Shown: piece after piece, positions 53,301 through 64,000 of the stretch
Numbering within the stretch: the stretch's first letter is position 1
Layout of the letters: each line of letters opens with the position of its first letter
NCBI RefSeq assembly: GCF_009914755.1
Contig: NC_060939.1
Reading direction: 5' to 3' (one strand)
Length of the DNA stretch: 64,000 nt
DNA from: the human T2T-CHM13v2.0 reference genome, Homo sapiens
Translations under genes and position numbers: made by a program
The notes under the pieces: generated by a model
The model's input: only the letters and a program-made list of their open reading frames with translations
What the model was told of the DNA's origin: nothing
The model's database searches: none

Positions 53301-55229
53301 TTCCCCATGCAGAACATCCTTTGTTTGCCATACTTGAAACGTCTGCCCCAATACTAACAGCTCCTCGTGGAAGATGTGCACAAACCCACCCGCCCTCATA
53401 CTCCCAAAGGTACCCATGCCTTATCAAGCCAAAGTCCAGCCAGGAACTTTATAGCAGCATCCCTTTCCCTCTCCATGCACCAAGGAGCAAGGCAAAGCAC
53501 TGCATCTTCTATCTGGAGGCAATACCACCCTCTTCTCCCATTTTCACTGCCATTCCTAAGAGGCAGTGCTTCCCCCGCAAGGTTCCATGGTGGCCTGCCT
53601 ACAGCAACTCTGTTCACATGAGTTTCAGCATCCTTGCAGTGGCTCCCCTGCCATGCTCTGGCTCTTCATTCACCCTCATCTCCTGCTCCCCGTGACAGGC
53701 ATAGATTCTGAGTGATCTGGATACATTGCTTTGTTTAATAACATTACAGCTTCTGTGCTGGGGAAGACACAGCAGATACAGAAGGCAATTGTTGAACACA
53801 AAATAGTGACGGCAGAGATGACGGCAAGTTGGCATTTTTCTTTTCTAGCAATAAAACTTAAAACTGACTCAAGAAGAAATGGAAATCGTAGTTGGAACAA
53901 TAATCCTCAAGAAAGCATTAAGATTATTAAATAATTGCCCTCACAGATGACTTCAGGCCAAGATGGCTTTATGGGTGAAGTTTAGACTTTCACAAAACTA
54001 ATCAGTTCCCATAAGAACTGCTCCAGGATTTGGAGAAACATGGAAAAGTCTATGAACGGGATCACACTCCACAGTCCCCAGAGTAAAACATGGGTTACTT
54101 GCATTTTGGCAAAGAGCCAAATGTTATAAATGACATCCTAGAAGGCCAAATTCTGTCCATCTCATTGAACAAGGACTTACACCGGGAATTAAGAACTATT
54201 TATAGCTCATCCCACCACTCAGGCCAATGATGACCCATGATCATCTCACCAGAAATGGAAAGACTCACTTGATTAATAGAGTCTCAATTCCTCTGAGACA
54301 TCTAAGAGCCCAGCCCAAGCCCAGACCCAGGAGGGCACCCAGGCCTGGAGAGAGAACACTATCACACCAGCCCTCCAGAGGGAAGCAGAGACTCCTTCAA
54401 GCTCTGGAAACACAGGCCCAGACAGCTGCCCAAAGTTGGGCAGGCTTCACCGCATACCCAAATCATGAAGCTAGGTAACACCTTTACAGATTCTTTACAT
54501 TTAAAAATCATCAAAACTTAACAGTAAATAATAAACTCAAATAATATTAATCTAATATGTAAAGGTCTTGTACCATTATTAGGCAAACAACATACATAAG
54601 CTAATAAGAAAAAGAACAAATCCCTTAAGAAATCAGCAAAGGATATAACACAATTTCCAAAAGAAAACAAGTGGCTAGCACACATGAGGAAAACACTTTG
54701 TGAACAGACATTCTTCAGAGCATTATTTATAATTATAAAATAGTTGAAAGCAAGATAGTGCCTGAAGAAATTATGGTGCATACATTAATGGGACTATTCT
54801 GCAAACATTCCCAATTATACTTGTCACATATCTGTGATAACGTGACAGCCAGCATTCATGGGGTGACCTCATTTGATAAAAGGGTGCAAAGCTCAACACA
54901 CACTGTGAGATGACTGTGGTGTAAATACAAAGACCAAACCGTGAAAAGGAGTCCATCAATTAACTGATGCTTACCTTCAGTTTTGGGCTGATTTTTAAAG
55001 TATGCTATAAGCATATGCTCCTGTTATAACAGAATGGAGGGATTATGAGAGATGATGTAGGTGTGTCCTGGGCCTCCCCGGCCCACTGGGCCCTACAGAT
55101 GCCTTCCCAGGCACTGCTGTCAGGGCTTCCCTCAGAGGGAGTCCTGTATTGACCTCACCACTAAGATCTGGAGCAGGGGATCCTTAGATATGGGTAGGGG
55201 TTATCTCACCTTAGGTCTGAATACGGGGT

Positions 55230-55593
55230 TGTCTTAGACTGTTTTGTGATGTTGTAATAGAACACCCAAGACTGGGAAGTTTATACTGAACGGAAATTTA
55301 TTTCTCACAGTTCTAGAGGCTGTGAAGTCCAAGAGCAAGGTGCCAGAGCAAGTCCAAGAGCAAGGGAAAGTCCAAAGCAAGTCCAGGAGCATCTGGCGAG
55401 GACCTTCTTGCTGTGTCATCATATGGCAGAAGGCAAGAAAGAGAGCAAGAGGGGGCCGAACTCACCCTTTTATAACAGTGCCAATCCCACCCATGAGGTG
55501 GGGACCTTATGACCTAATCACTCTTCATACTGTTACAATGGCAATGAAATTTCAACATGAGTTTTGGAGGAGAGAAGCATTCAAACCACAGCA
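55230..55593 (-). mobile_element. MST/MLT1A-type LTR
   Basis: TTTATTTCTCACAGTTCTAGAGGCTGTGAAGTCCAAG...ATTTCAACATGAGTTTTGGAGG...ATTCAAACCACAGCA. Confidence 0.8.
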
Positions 55594-56775
55594 AGCGTGC
55601 TCCTACCTCCTCTCTCAGGGCATCTGCAGAAAGAGCTGCAACTGCACGTCCTTCCTCCGTCCATCCTCCGTCCCTTCCCGATGTCTGTGCATTTCCTGTG
55701 ACCCAGGAGGTCTGGTGTAGGGGGTGCTCCTGCCTTAGGTCTGAGGCCCTGTCTGAAGAGGGGTAGGTGAGGAGGCCACCTGATTGTCTGGGCCAAGACA
55801 GTCACAGGATGAATCATTCATCATCAAGGAGGCTGAGGGTTGAGTCTCCAGGTCCAGGGAACTCCCCACAAAGTGCGAACCCTGCCCAGCTCCACACAGC
55901 CTCTGCTGGGGGACCCTGCTCTGGCACAGAGCCTGGGAACAGGTCTTGAGCTCAGCCAGAGTCTGCCTCCCTGTCATTTAGGAACTAAACCTAGCGGCAG
56001 GATGCTGGAGCCCAGCCCCCATCTGACCTTACAGGGCCAAGCCTGGGGCCCTGGGTTCCCCTCAAGGCGCAGCAGGACTGGAGCCCCAGGCAGTGCAGGA
56101 GTGGCCAAAGCTGGGGCTTCCTCCAGAGCCACCAAGCATCACGGCATCATGAAGGGTAGGACCCTGGCCTCAGAAATTGGCACCAAAGCCCCAGAAGCTA
56201 CCCTGGACACCATGGAGAGAGGCCTGGAGGGGAAGCACCAGGCACTGCCCCCCCTTCTGATCCCACCTGAGGTGGCTGCCAAGCCCAGAGAGCAGCTCTG
56301 ATGTCCCCCAGCCCTGCAGCCCAGGGACACCTGTACTGTGCCCCTGTGGGACCCCTGGCCAGTCTGTGCAAAGAAGTCACCACCCTATACTCAGAGACAG
56401 TGGGGGTCCTCTTCCCACATCCTCAGAGCATGGCCCGGCTGCTGCAGGGATGGTCTCCTGGAGGCCCCCCAGTGCTCTATTGTCAGGGCTCCCTCCACCC
56501 CCCTGCACCAAGAGAGAGCCAGACCCCAGCAAGGCTTCCAGTGGCTTCAGGTCACACCCCTAGGCTGACCCCAGCCCCATCAACACCTGCCTGAGAAAGC
56601 TCAATGCACCAGAACTGACCGTTTGCTCCAACTCTCGACCTCCCATTCTCAGAGCATCTGCTGAAAAGGCTGCAACTGCACATCCTTCCTCTGTCTCTTC
56701 CTGATGTCTGTGTGTCTCCTGTGGCCAGGAAGGTCTTTCTCGGGACCTGAGAGCCACTCCCTGAAGTGTCCCCAT
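55297..56775 (-). ncRNA. FAM30A/KIAA0125 paralog (FAM30B/C-like) with spliced ORF: exons 56775-56620, 55748-55607, 55410-55313
   Basis: Peptides MGTLQGVALRSRERPSWPQETH, GLRPKAGAPPTPDLLGHR and ARRSSPDAPGLALDFPLLLDLLWHL match the recalled FAM30A ORF; GT/AG borders in phase; AATAAA at 55302-55297; transcript 5' end not determined. Confidence 0.75.
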
Positions 56776-58317
56776 TGGGAAGGATGGGGCCTGTGTCTCC
56801 GGGCTCTGGGAGGACAGAATCCTGACCTCAACAGTGGCCAGCACGGACACAGCGGGCCCCATCCCAGGGACGCTGACCAGCACTGGGCAAATTTTCCCTT
56901 CCCCGACGACTGAGCCCCGAGCACCCTCCCTGCTCCCTCTACCCCCTCCCTTTTCAAGGCTGTGGCCTCTGCACAGATGACAATGGAGCTTGGCTCATTC
57001 CCCTAGAGTCGGTAGAGAGTTAATGACAAAACTGTTTCCTCTGCCTGAACTCAGGTCTGCCTGTGTTTACCTGATCACAGCTGGTGGACAGTTTGGACAA
57101 ACTTGCACACTCAGAGACACAGACCCTTCTAGAAATCATTATCTCCCCGCGCCTGGGACCCCTCTCCCGTGGAAGTCTGCTAGGCACTGGCCTGGGCCCT
57201 CCTGCTGTCCTAGGAGGCTGCTGACCTCCTGCCTGGCTCCTGTCCCCAGGTCCAGAGTCAGAGCAGACTCCAGGGATGCTGCAGGCTAGGAAGCTGCCCC
57301 TCCAGGCCGGGGTCTAGTGCAGGTGCCCAGGACAAGAAAGATTGTGAATACAGGAATGACTGGGCCACACCCCTCCCATGCATGCCCCCTCCTGCCCTGC
57401 ACCCCACAGCCCAGCCCCCCATGCTAGATGCCCCCCACAGCAGAGGTGCTGTTCTGTGATCCCCTGGGAAAGACGCCCTCAACCTCCACCCTGTCCCATG
57501 GCCCAAGGAAGACAAGACACAGGCCCTCTCCTCACAGTCTCCCCACCTGGCTCCTGTTGGGATCTTCAAGGTGTGAACAGGGAGGATGGTTGTCTGCGTG
57601 GCCCCTAGGAACCCAGATCTTTGCTCCACAGACCCCAACCCAAGCACCCCCTTCTGCAGGGCCCAGCTCATCTGCCCCTTCCTCCCTTTGCTCTCCTCTC
57701 TTCGCCTCTGTGGGAAATCCGGGACTCAGCAGTAACCCTCAGGAAGCAGGGCCGAGGAGCCGTTTAATAGGAGGCTTCGTCACAATGAAACTCTTAGAAA
57801 GACTTGACTACGATGATGACCGTGGCGTGGCTGTGAACACTGTCAGCTCCCACAGTTGCCGCAGCAAAAAATGTCCATAGACAGGGTGGGGGCCCGGGGT
57901 CGTCTGCTGTCCTGCTCAGCCCACAGCATGCATGGAAAATCTGAGGTGCCACACCTGACACCCAGACCAGAACATGCCTCCCTCCAGGGTGACCTGCCAT
58001 GTCCTGCATTGCTGGAGGGACAGGGGCAGCCTGTGAGGATCTGGGGCCAGGAGATGAATCCCATTAACCAGAGGAAAACAAGCAGGACCTGAGCACCCTC
58101 CCCATTGAAGCTGACCTGCACAGAGGGGCCTGGGCCCACCCCACACACTGGGGCGGAATGTGTGCAGGCCCCAGTCTCTGTGGGTGTTCTGCTAGCTGGG
58201 GCTTCCAGTGCTCACCCCACAACTAAAGTGAGCCACAGCCTCCAGAGCCCCCAAAGGAGATCCTGCCCACAAGCCCAGCCCCCACCCAGGAGGCCCCAGA
58301 GCTCAGGGCACCTGGGC

Positions 58318-58390
58318 AGATTCTGAACAGCCCCGAGTCACAGTGGGTATAACTGGAACAACCACTGTGAGAAAAGCTTTGTCCAAAACC
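58318..58390 (+). other. IGHD1/OR15-1: IGHD1-family orphon segment with two 12-RSSs (D region 58346-58362)
   Basis: AGATTCTGA-12-CACAGTG [GGTATAACTGGAACAAC] CACTGTG-12-TCCAAAACC. Confidence 0.93.
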
Positions 58391-61054
58391 GTCTCCTGGC
58401 CACTGCCGGAGGCCATGCCAGAGAGGGGAACAGCCGCCCCGAACCTAGGTCCTACTCAGCTCACATGACCCCCAGCAGCCAGAGCACAACGGAGTCCCCA
58501 CTGAATGGTGAGGATGGGGACCAGGGCTCCAGGGGGTCATGGAAGGGGCTGGACCCCATCCTACTGCTATGGCCCCGTGCCCCTGGCCAGAACTGACCCT
58601 ACCACCGACAAGAGTCCCTCAGGGAAACGGGTCACTGGCACCTCCCAACATCAACCCCAGGCAGCACAGGCATAAACCCCACATCCAGAGCAGACTCCAG
58701 GAGCACATTCACCCCAATACCCTGGGGGACACCGACCCTGATGACTCCCCACTGGAATCCACCCCAGAGTCCACCAGGATCAGAAACCCCTCCCCGTCTC
58801 TGTCCCTCACTCAGGACCTGCTGCGGGGCGGGCCCTGAGAGCAGACTGGGGCTTAGGGAACACCACTGTGGCCCCAACCTCGACCAGGACACAGGCCCTT
58901 CCTTCCTGCCCTGTGGCGGCACAGACTTTGGGGTCTGCGCAGGGAGGAAGCACAGAAGCCCCAGGCTGAGGTGGTGGGGGTGGAAGACCCCCAGGAGGTG
59001 GCCCACTTCCCTTCCTCCCAGCTGGAACACACCATGTCCTTCTTAAAATAGGGGCGTCATCCGAGGCAGGTCCTCCATGGAGCTCCCTTCAGGCTCCTCC
59101 TGGTACTCACTAGGCCTCAGTCCCAGATATGGGAATGCAGCCACCACAGGCACACCAGGCAGCCCAGACCCAGCCAGCCTGCAGTCCCCAAGCCCACATT
59201 CTGGAGCAGAGCAGGCTGTGTCTGGGAGAGTCTGGGCTCCCCACTCCCCACCTGCACACAGCCACCCACCCCTGTCCAGGCCCTATGCAGGAGGGTCAGA
59301 GCCCCCCATAGGGTACGGACTTAGGGTCACACTCACGTGCCTCCCCTCCTGGGTGAAGGGGTCTCATGACCAGATCCCCGCAGCAGCGCTGGTCAAAGGT
59401 GGAGGCAGTGTCCCCAGGGCTACCCTGACCTGGCCCCTCAGGCTCCTCTAGCCCTGGCTGCCCTGCTATCCCTGGGAGGCCTGGACTCCACCAGACCACA
59501 GGTCCAGGGCACCGCCCATAGGTGCCGCCCACACTCAGTTCACAGGAAGAAGATAAGCTCCAGACCCCCAAGACCAGGACCTGCCTTCCTGCCACCGCTT
59601 GTAGCTCCAGACCTCCATGTCTCCCCTGACCGCTTACACATGGGCCAGGGAGCTATTCCACACAGATCAACCCCAAACCGGGACCGCCTGGCATGCGGGT
59701 CGCTGCCACTTCCCGCTCCATTTGCTCCCAGCACCTCTGTGCTCCTTCCCTCCTCCCTCCTTCAGGGGGACAGCCTGTGCAGCCCCTCCTTGCACCCCAC
59801 ACCCTGGGGAGGCCCAACCCTGCCTCCAGCCCTTTCTACCCCGCTGCTCTTCCTGCCCATCCAGACAACCCTGGGGTCCCATCCCTGCAGCCCACACCCT
59901 GAGAAGACTGGACCCTGCCTTGGGCCCTTTCTGCCCTGCTGCTCTTGCCGCCCACCCAGACAATCCTGGGGTCCTGTCCCTGCAGTCACCACCCTGGTCT
60001 CCACCCAGACCCCTGTCTCTCCCTCCAGACACCCCTCCCAGGCCAACACTGCACATGCAGGCCCTCCCCTCTTCTGCTGCCAGAGCCTCAGTTTCTCCCC
60101 CCTGTGCCTACCCACTGCCTCCTCCTGCCCACAACTTGAGCTCTTCCTCTCCTGGGGCCTCTGAGCCATGGCACTGACCATGCACTCCCACACACACACT
60201 GCCCTCACCTTCCTCCTGGACACTTTGGCCCCACTCCCCTCTTGGACACGGCCCTGGTATTTCCAGGACGAAGGCTCACCCAAGTCTTCCCCACACAGAC
60301 CCTTGCCCTCACTCCCCATTTACAGGGAAATCTCCTGTGCACAGAAGCAGGGAGCTCAGCTCTTCCACAGGCAGAAGGCAATGAAAGAAATCAGCCTCCA
60401 GCGCCCTGATGCACATCCGCCTGTGTCTCTCACTGCCCACACCTGCAGGGAGGCTCGGCACTCCCTTTAAAGATGAGGGATCCAGGCAGCAACATCACGG
60501 GAGAATGCAGGGCTCCCAGACATCCCAACCCTCTTGCAGGCCTCTCCTGGGAAGAGACCTGCAGCCACCACCAAACAGCCATGGAGCCCGCTGTATAGTA
60601 ACTGAGTCAGTGACCGACCTGGAGGGCAGGGGAGCAGTGAGCCGGAGCCCAGACCATAGGGACCGAGACCAGCTGCTGACATCCCAAGCCCCTCACTGGT
60701 GGCCCCAGAAAACTCATGGAAACAGGACGGACCCACATTCCCAGCTGGACCAGGGCGGAGACTGCTGAGCCCCGAGCACCAGCCCCAAGAAACACCAGGC
60801 AAAATCATCAGAGGAGGCTCCTGAGAAAGAGAGGAGGGGAGGTCTCCCTCACCAGCAAATGCTTCCCTTAACCAAACACAGGGTCGATGCAACTCCCCCA
60901 GGACAAAGGAGGAGCCCCCTGTACAGCACTGGGCTCAGAGTCCTCTCCAAGACACCCTGAGTTTCAGACAAAAACCCCCTGGAAATCACAGTATCAGCAG
61001 GAGAACTGGCCAGAGACAGCAAGGGGGGACTCTGTGACACCCGTGGGGACAGGA

Positions 61055-61141
61055 GGATTTTGTGGGGGCTCGTGTCACTGTGAGAATATTGTAATAGTAC
61101 TACTTTCTATGCCCACAGTGACACAGCCCCAGTCCCAAAGC
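61055..61141 (+). other. IGHD2/OR15-2: IGHD2-family orphon segment with two 12-RSSs (D region 61083-61113)
   Basis: GGATTTTGT-12-CACTGTG [AGAATATTGTAATAGTACTACTTTCTATGCC] CACAGTG-12-TCCCAAAGC. Confidence 0.95.
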
Positions 61142-61549
61142 CCTGCTGTAAATGCTTCCACTTCTGGAGCTGAGGGGGAGCGTCTGGGAAGTAGGGCCTA
61201 GGGGTGTCCACCAATGCCAAAGCACACCAGACTTCCCCCCAGACATCACCCCCACCAGCCAGCGAGCAGAGTAAACAGAAAATGAGAAGCAAGCTGGGGA
61301 AGTTGGCACAGGCCCCAAGGAAAGAGCTTTGGTGGGTGTGCAAGAGAGGATGCAGGCAGAGCCTGAGCAGGGCCTTTTACTGTTTCTGCTTTCCTGGGCA
61401 GAGAATTCCATAAACTGGTGTTTGAGATAAATGGCTGGGAGTGAGCCCAGGAGGACAGTGTGGGAAGGGCACAGGGAAGGAGGAGCAGCCTCTATCCTAC
61501 ACTGTCATCTTTCGAAAGTTTGCCCTGTGCCCACACTGCTGCTTCATGG

Positions 61550-62470
61550 GATGCTTAACAGCTGATGTAGACACAGCTAAAGAGAGAATCAGTGAGAAGG
61601 ATTTGCAGCACAGATCTGAATAAATTCTCCAGAATGTGGAGCCACACAGAAGCAAGCAAAGAGAAAGTGCCTGATGCAAGGGCAAAGTACAGTGTGTACC
61701 TTCAGGCATTGCTGCTGGGCACAGACACTCTGAAAAGCCCTGGCAGGAACTCCCTGCAACAAAGCAGAGCCCTGCAGGCAATGCCAGCCCCAGAGCCCTC
61801 CCTGAGAACCTCATGGGCAAAGATGTGCAGAACATATGTTTGTCATAGCCCCAAACTGAGAATGAAACAAACATCCATCTGAAGGAAAACAGGCAAATAA
61901 ACGATGGCAGGTTCATGAAATGCAAACCCAGACAGCCACGAGGACAACAGTACAGGGTTACGGGCAACTCTGCGGTTGAGTTCATGACAATGCTGAGTAA
62001 TTGGAGTAACAAAGGAAACTCCAAAAAATACTTTCAATATGATTTCTTCTAAATAAAATTTACACCCGGCAAAATGAACTATCTTCTTAAGGGATAAACT
62101 TTCCACTAGAAAAACTATAAGGAAAATCAAGAAAACGATGATCACATAAACACAGTTGTGGTTACTTCTACGGGGGAAGGAAGAGGGTGTGAACAGAGAC
62201 ACACAGGTTTGGCAAGTCTCCTAACAAGAACAGAACAAATACATTACAGTACCTTGAAAACAGCAGTTAAACTTCTAAATCGCAAGAAGAGGAAAATGTA
62301 CACAGCTGTGTTTAGAAAATTCTCACTCCGGCACTGTTCATAATAGCAAAGACATTAACCCAGGTTGGATAAATAAACGATGACACAGGCAATTGCACAG
62401 TGATACAGACATACATTCAGTATATGAGACATCGATGATGTATCCCCAAAGAAATGACTTTAAAGAGAAA
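61550..62470 (+). mobile_element. Ancient L1M remnant in the D2-D3 interval
   Basis: GTAGACACAGCTAAAGAGAGAATCAGTGA (ORF1-like) and CACTGTTCATAATAGCAAA (3' region-like). Confidence 0.55.
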
Positions 62471-62864
62471 AGGCCTGATGTGTGGTAGCACTCACCTCCC
62501 TGGGCATCCCCGGACAGGATGCAGGCTCACTGTGTGGCAGGGCAGGCCGGTACCTGCTGGCAGCTCCTGGGGCCAGATGTGGAGCAGGCACAGAGCCGTA
62601 TCCCCCCGAGGACATATACCCCCAAGGATGGCACAGTCGGCACATTCCAGAGAGAAGCAACTGAGCCACACTCCCAGACCAGAGCCCGAGAGGGACGCCC
62701 ATGCACAGGGAAGCAGAGCCCAGCTCCTCCACAGCCAGCACCACCTGTGCAGGGGCCGCCATCTGGCAGGCACAGAGCGTAGGCTGGGAGGAGGGGCAGG
62801 GACACCAGGCAGGGTTGGCACCGACTGAAAATTACAGAAGTCTCATACATCTACCTCAGCCTTG

Positions 62865-63126
62865 CCTGACCTGGGCCACACCTGACCTGGACCTCACCTG
62901 GCCTAAGCCTCACCTGGCCTGGACCTCACCTCTGGGCTTCACCTGACCTCGGCCTCACCTGACTTGGACCTTGCCTGTCCCGAGCTCACATGATCTGGGC
63001 CTCACCTGACCTGGGTTTCACCTGACCTGGGCTTCACCTGACCTGGGCCTCATCTGACCTGGGCATCACTGGCCTGGATCTCACCTGGCCTGGGTTTCAC
63101 CTGGCCTCGGGCCTCACCTGCACCTG
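62865..63126. repeat. Degenerate ~16-bp tandem repeat (CCTGACCTGGGCCTCA), about 16 units
   Basis: Read directly; many CACCTG and TGACCT motifs. Confidence 0.9.
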
Positions 63127-63526
63127 CTCCAGGTGTTGCTGGAACCTCAGTAGCACTGAGGCTGCAAGGGCTCATCCAGGGTTGCAGAATGACTCTGGAA
63201 CTCTCCCACATCTCACCTTTCTGGGTGGAGGCACCTGGTGGCCCAGGGAATATAAAAAGCCTGAGTGATGCCTGCGTGATTTGGGGGCAATTTATAAACC
63301 CAAAAGGACATGGCTATGGAATGGGTAGGGACAGTACAGACAGATATCAGCCTGAAATGGAGCCTCAGGACACAGGTGGGCACAGACACTGTCCACCTAA
63401 GCGAGGGGCAGACCCGAGTGTCCCCGCAGCAGGCCTGAGAGCGCTGGGCCCACAGCCTCCCCTCGGTGCCCTGCTACCTCCTCAGGTCAGCCCTGGACAT
63501 CCCGAGTTTCCCCGGACCTGGCAGTA

Positions 63527-63613
63527 GGTTTGGGGTGAGGTCTGTGTCACTGTGGTATTATGATTTTTGGACTGGTTATTATACCCACAGTGTCACAGAG
63601 TCCATCAAAAACC
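63527..63613 (+). other. IGHD3/OR15-3: IGHD3-family orphon segment with two 12-RSSs (D region 63555-63585)
   Basis: GGTTTGGGG-12-CACTGTG [GTATTATGATTTTTGGACTGGTTATTATACC; YYDFWTGYYT] CACAGTG-12-TCAAAAACC. Confidence 0.95.
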
Positions 63614-63672
63614 CATCCCTGGGAGCCTTCTGCCATAGCCCTCCCCACGGTGGACCACCACATGCCGCGTTA

Positions 63673-63742
63673 GGATTTTGATCGAGGCCACAGCACCATG
63701 GGTGTAGTGGCTACCACAGCAGTGCAACCTGTGTCCCAAACA
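63673..63742 (+). pseudogene. Cryptic/vestigial D-like segment with 12/12 RSS geometry
   Basis: GGATTTTGA-12-CACCATG [GGTGTAGTGGCTAC] CACAGCA-12-TCCCAAACA. Confidence 0.6.
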
Positions 63743-64000
63743 CACAGGGCAGCAGGCACAATGGACAAGCCCAAGAGTGACCACCCTGAGCTCCTGCCCG
63801 CCAGCCCCGGAGACCATGAAACAGATGGCCAGGATTATCCCATAGGTCAGCCAGACCTGAGTCCAACAGGTCTGCATCACTGCTGCCCTCCAGTGCCAGT
63901 CCAGATGGGGACAGGCACCCAGCAGTCCCGGAAGCCCCTCCCTCAAGGCTGAGCCACATGTGTGGACCCTGAGAACCCCCCAGGTCCGAGTAGGGGCAGG

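Noticed and set aside
52000-58300. IGCR1-like CTCF pair upstream of D1
   Set aside because: I could not find convincing CTCF consensus matches by eye; a PWM scan is needed.
48000-63500. Many 100-220-aa overlapping ORFs in the GC-rich FAM30/D region
   Set aside because: Expected by chance at high GC; Pro/Gly/Ala-rich, on both strands, with no domains (apart from the FAM30-like exons).
58318-63613. Identification as the functional 14q32 IGHD1-1/2-2/3-3 cluster
   Set aside because: The D sequences match the recalled OR15 variants rather than IGHD1-1, 2-2 and 3-3, and IGHV6-1 is absent.

Overview
Human (not prokaryotic) DNA. The window looks like the immunoglobulin heavy-chain orphon segmental duplication on 15q11.2, shown in IGH transcriptional orientation. 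The three D segments at the right end match, from recall, IGHD1/OR15-1, IGHD2/OR15-2 and IGHD3/OR15-3, and each has 12-bp-spacer RSSs on both sides. Human origin is supported by an L1HS-Ta and an AluYa5. Left to right: a block with two inverted VH pseudogenes (clan II at ~3.1-3.5 kb, clan III at ~12.0-12.3 kb) in nested retroelements; an apparent inversion junction at ~13.1 kb; an almost intact intronless ADAM6 paralog (one in-frame TAG in ~729 codons); a ~14-kb HERV-L/MaLR/MER4/L1 stack; an IGHV(II)-1-1 paralog with no IGHV6-1 after it; a FAM30-like antisense unit whose last exon comes from an LTR; and D1-D2-D3 plus a cryptic D-like element. The most notable items are a short L1HS-Ta insertion with a 3' transduction and a ~55-bp TSD, the near-intact ADAM6 copy, and the cryptic D. 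I see no evidence for a wholly new biological system. Repeat subfamily and gene names are from recall, not from database searches, and many repeat boundaries are approximate.
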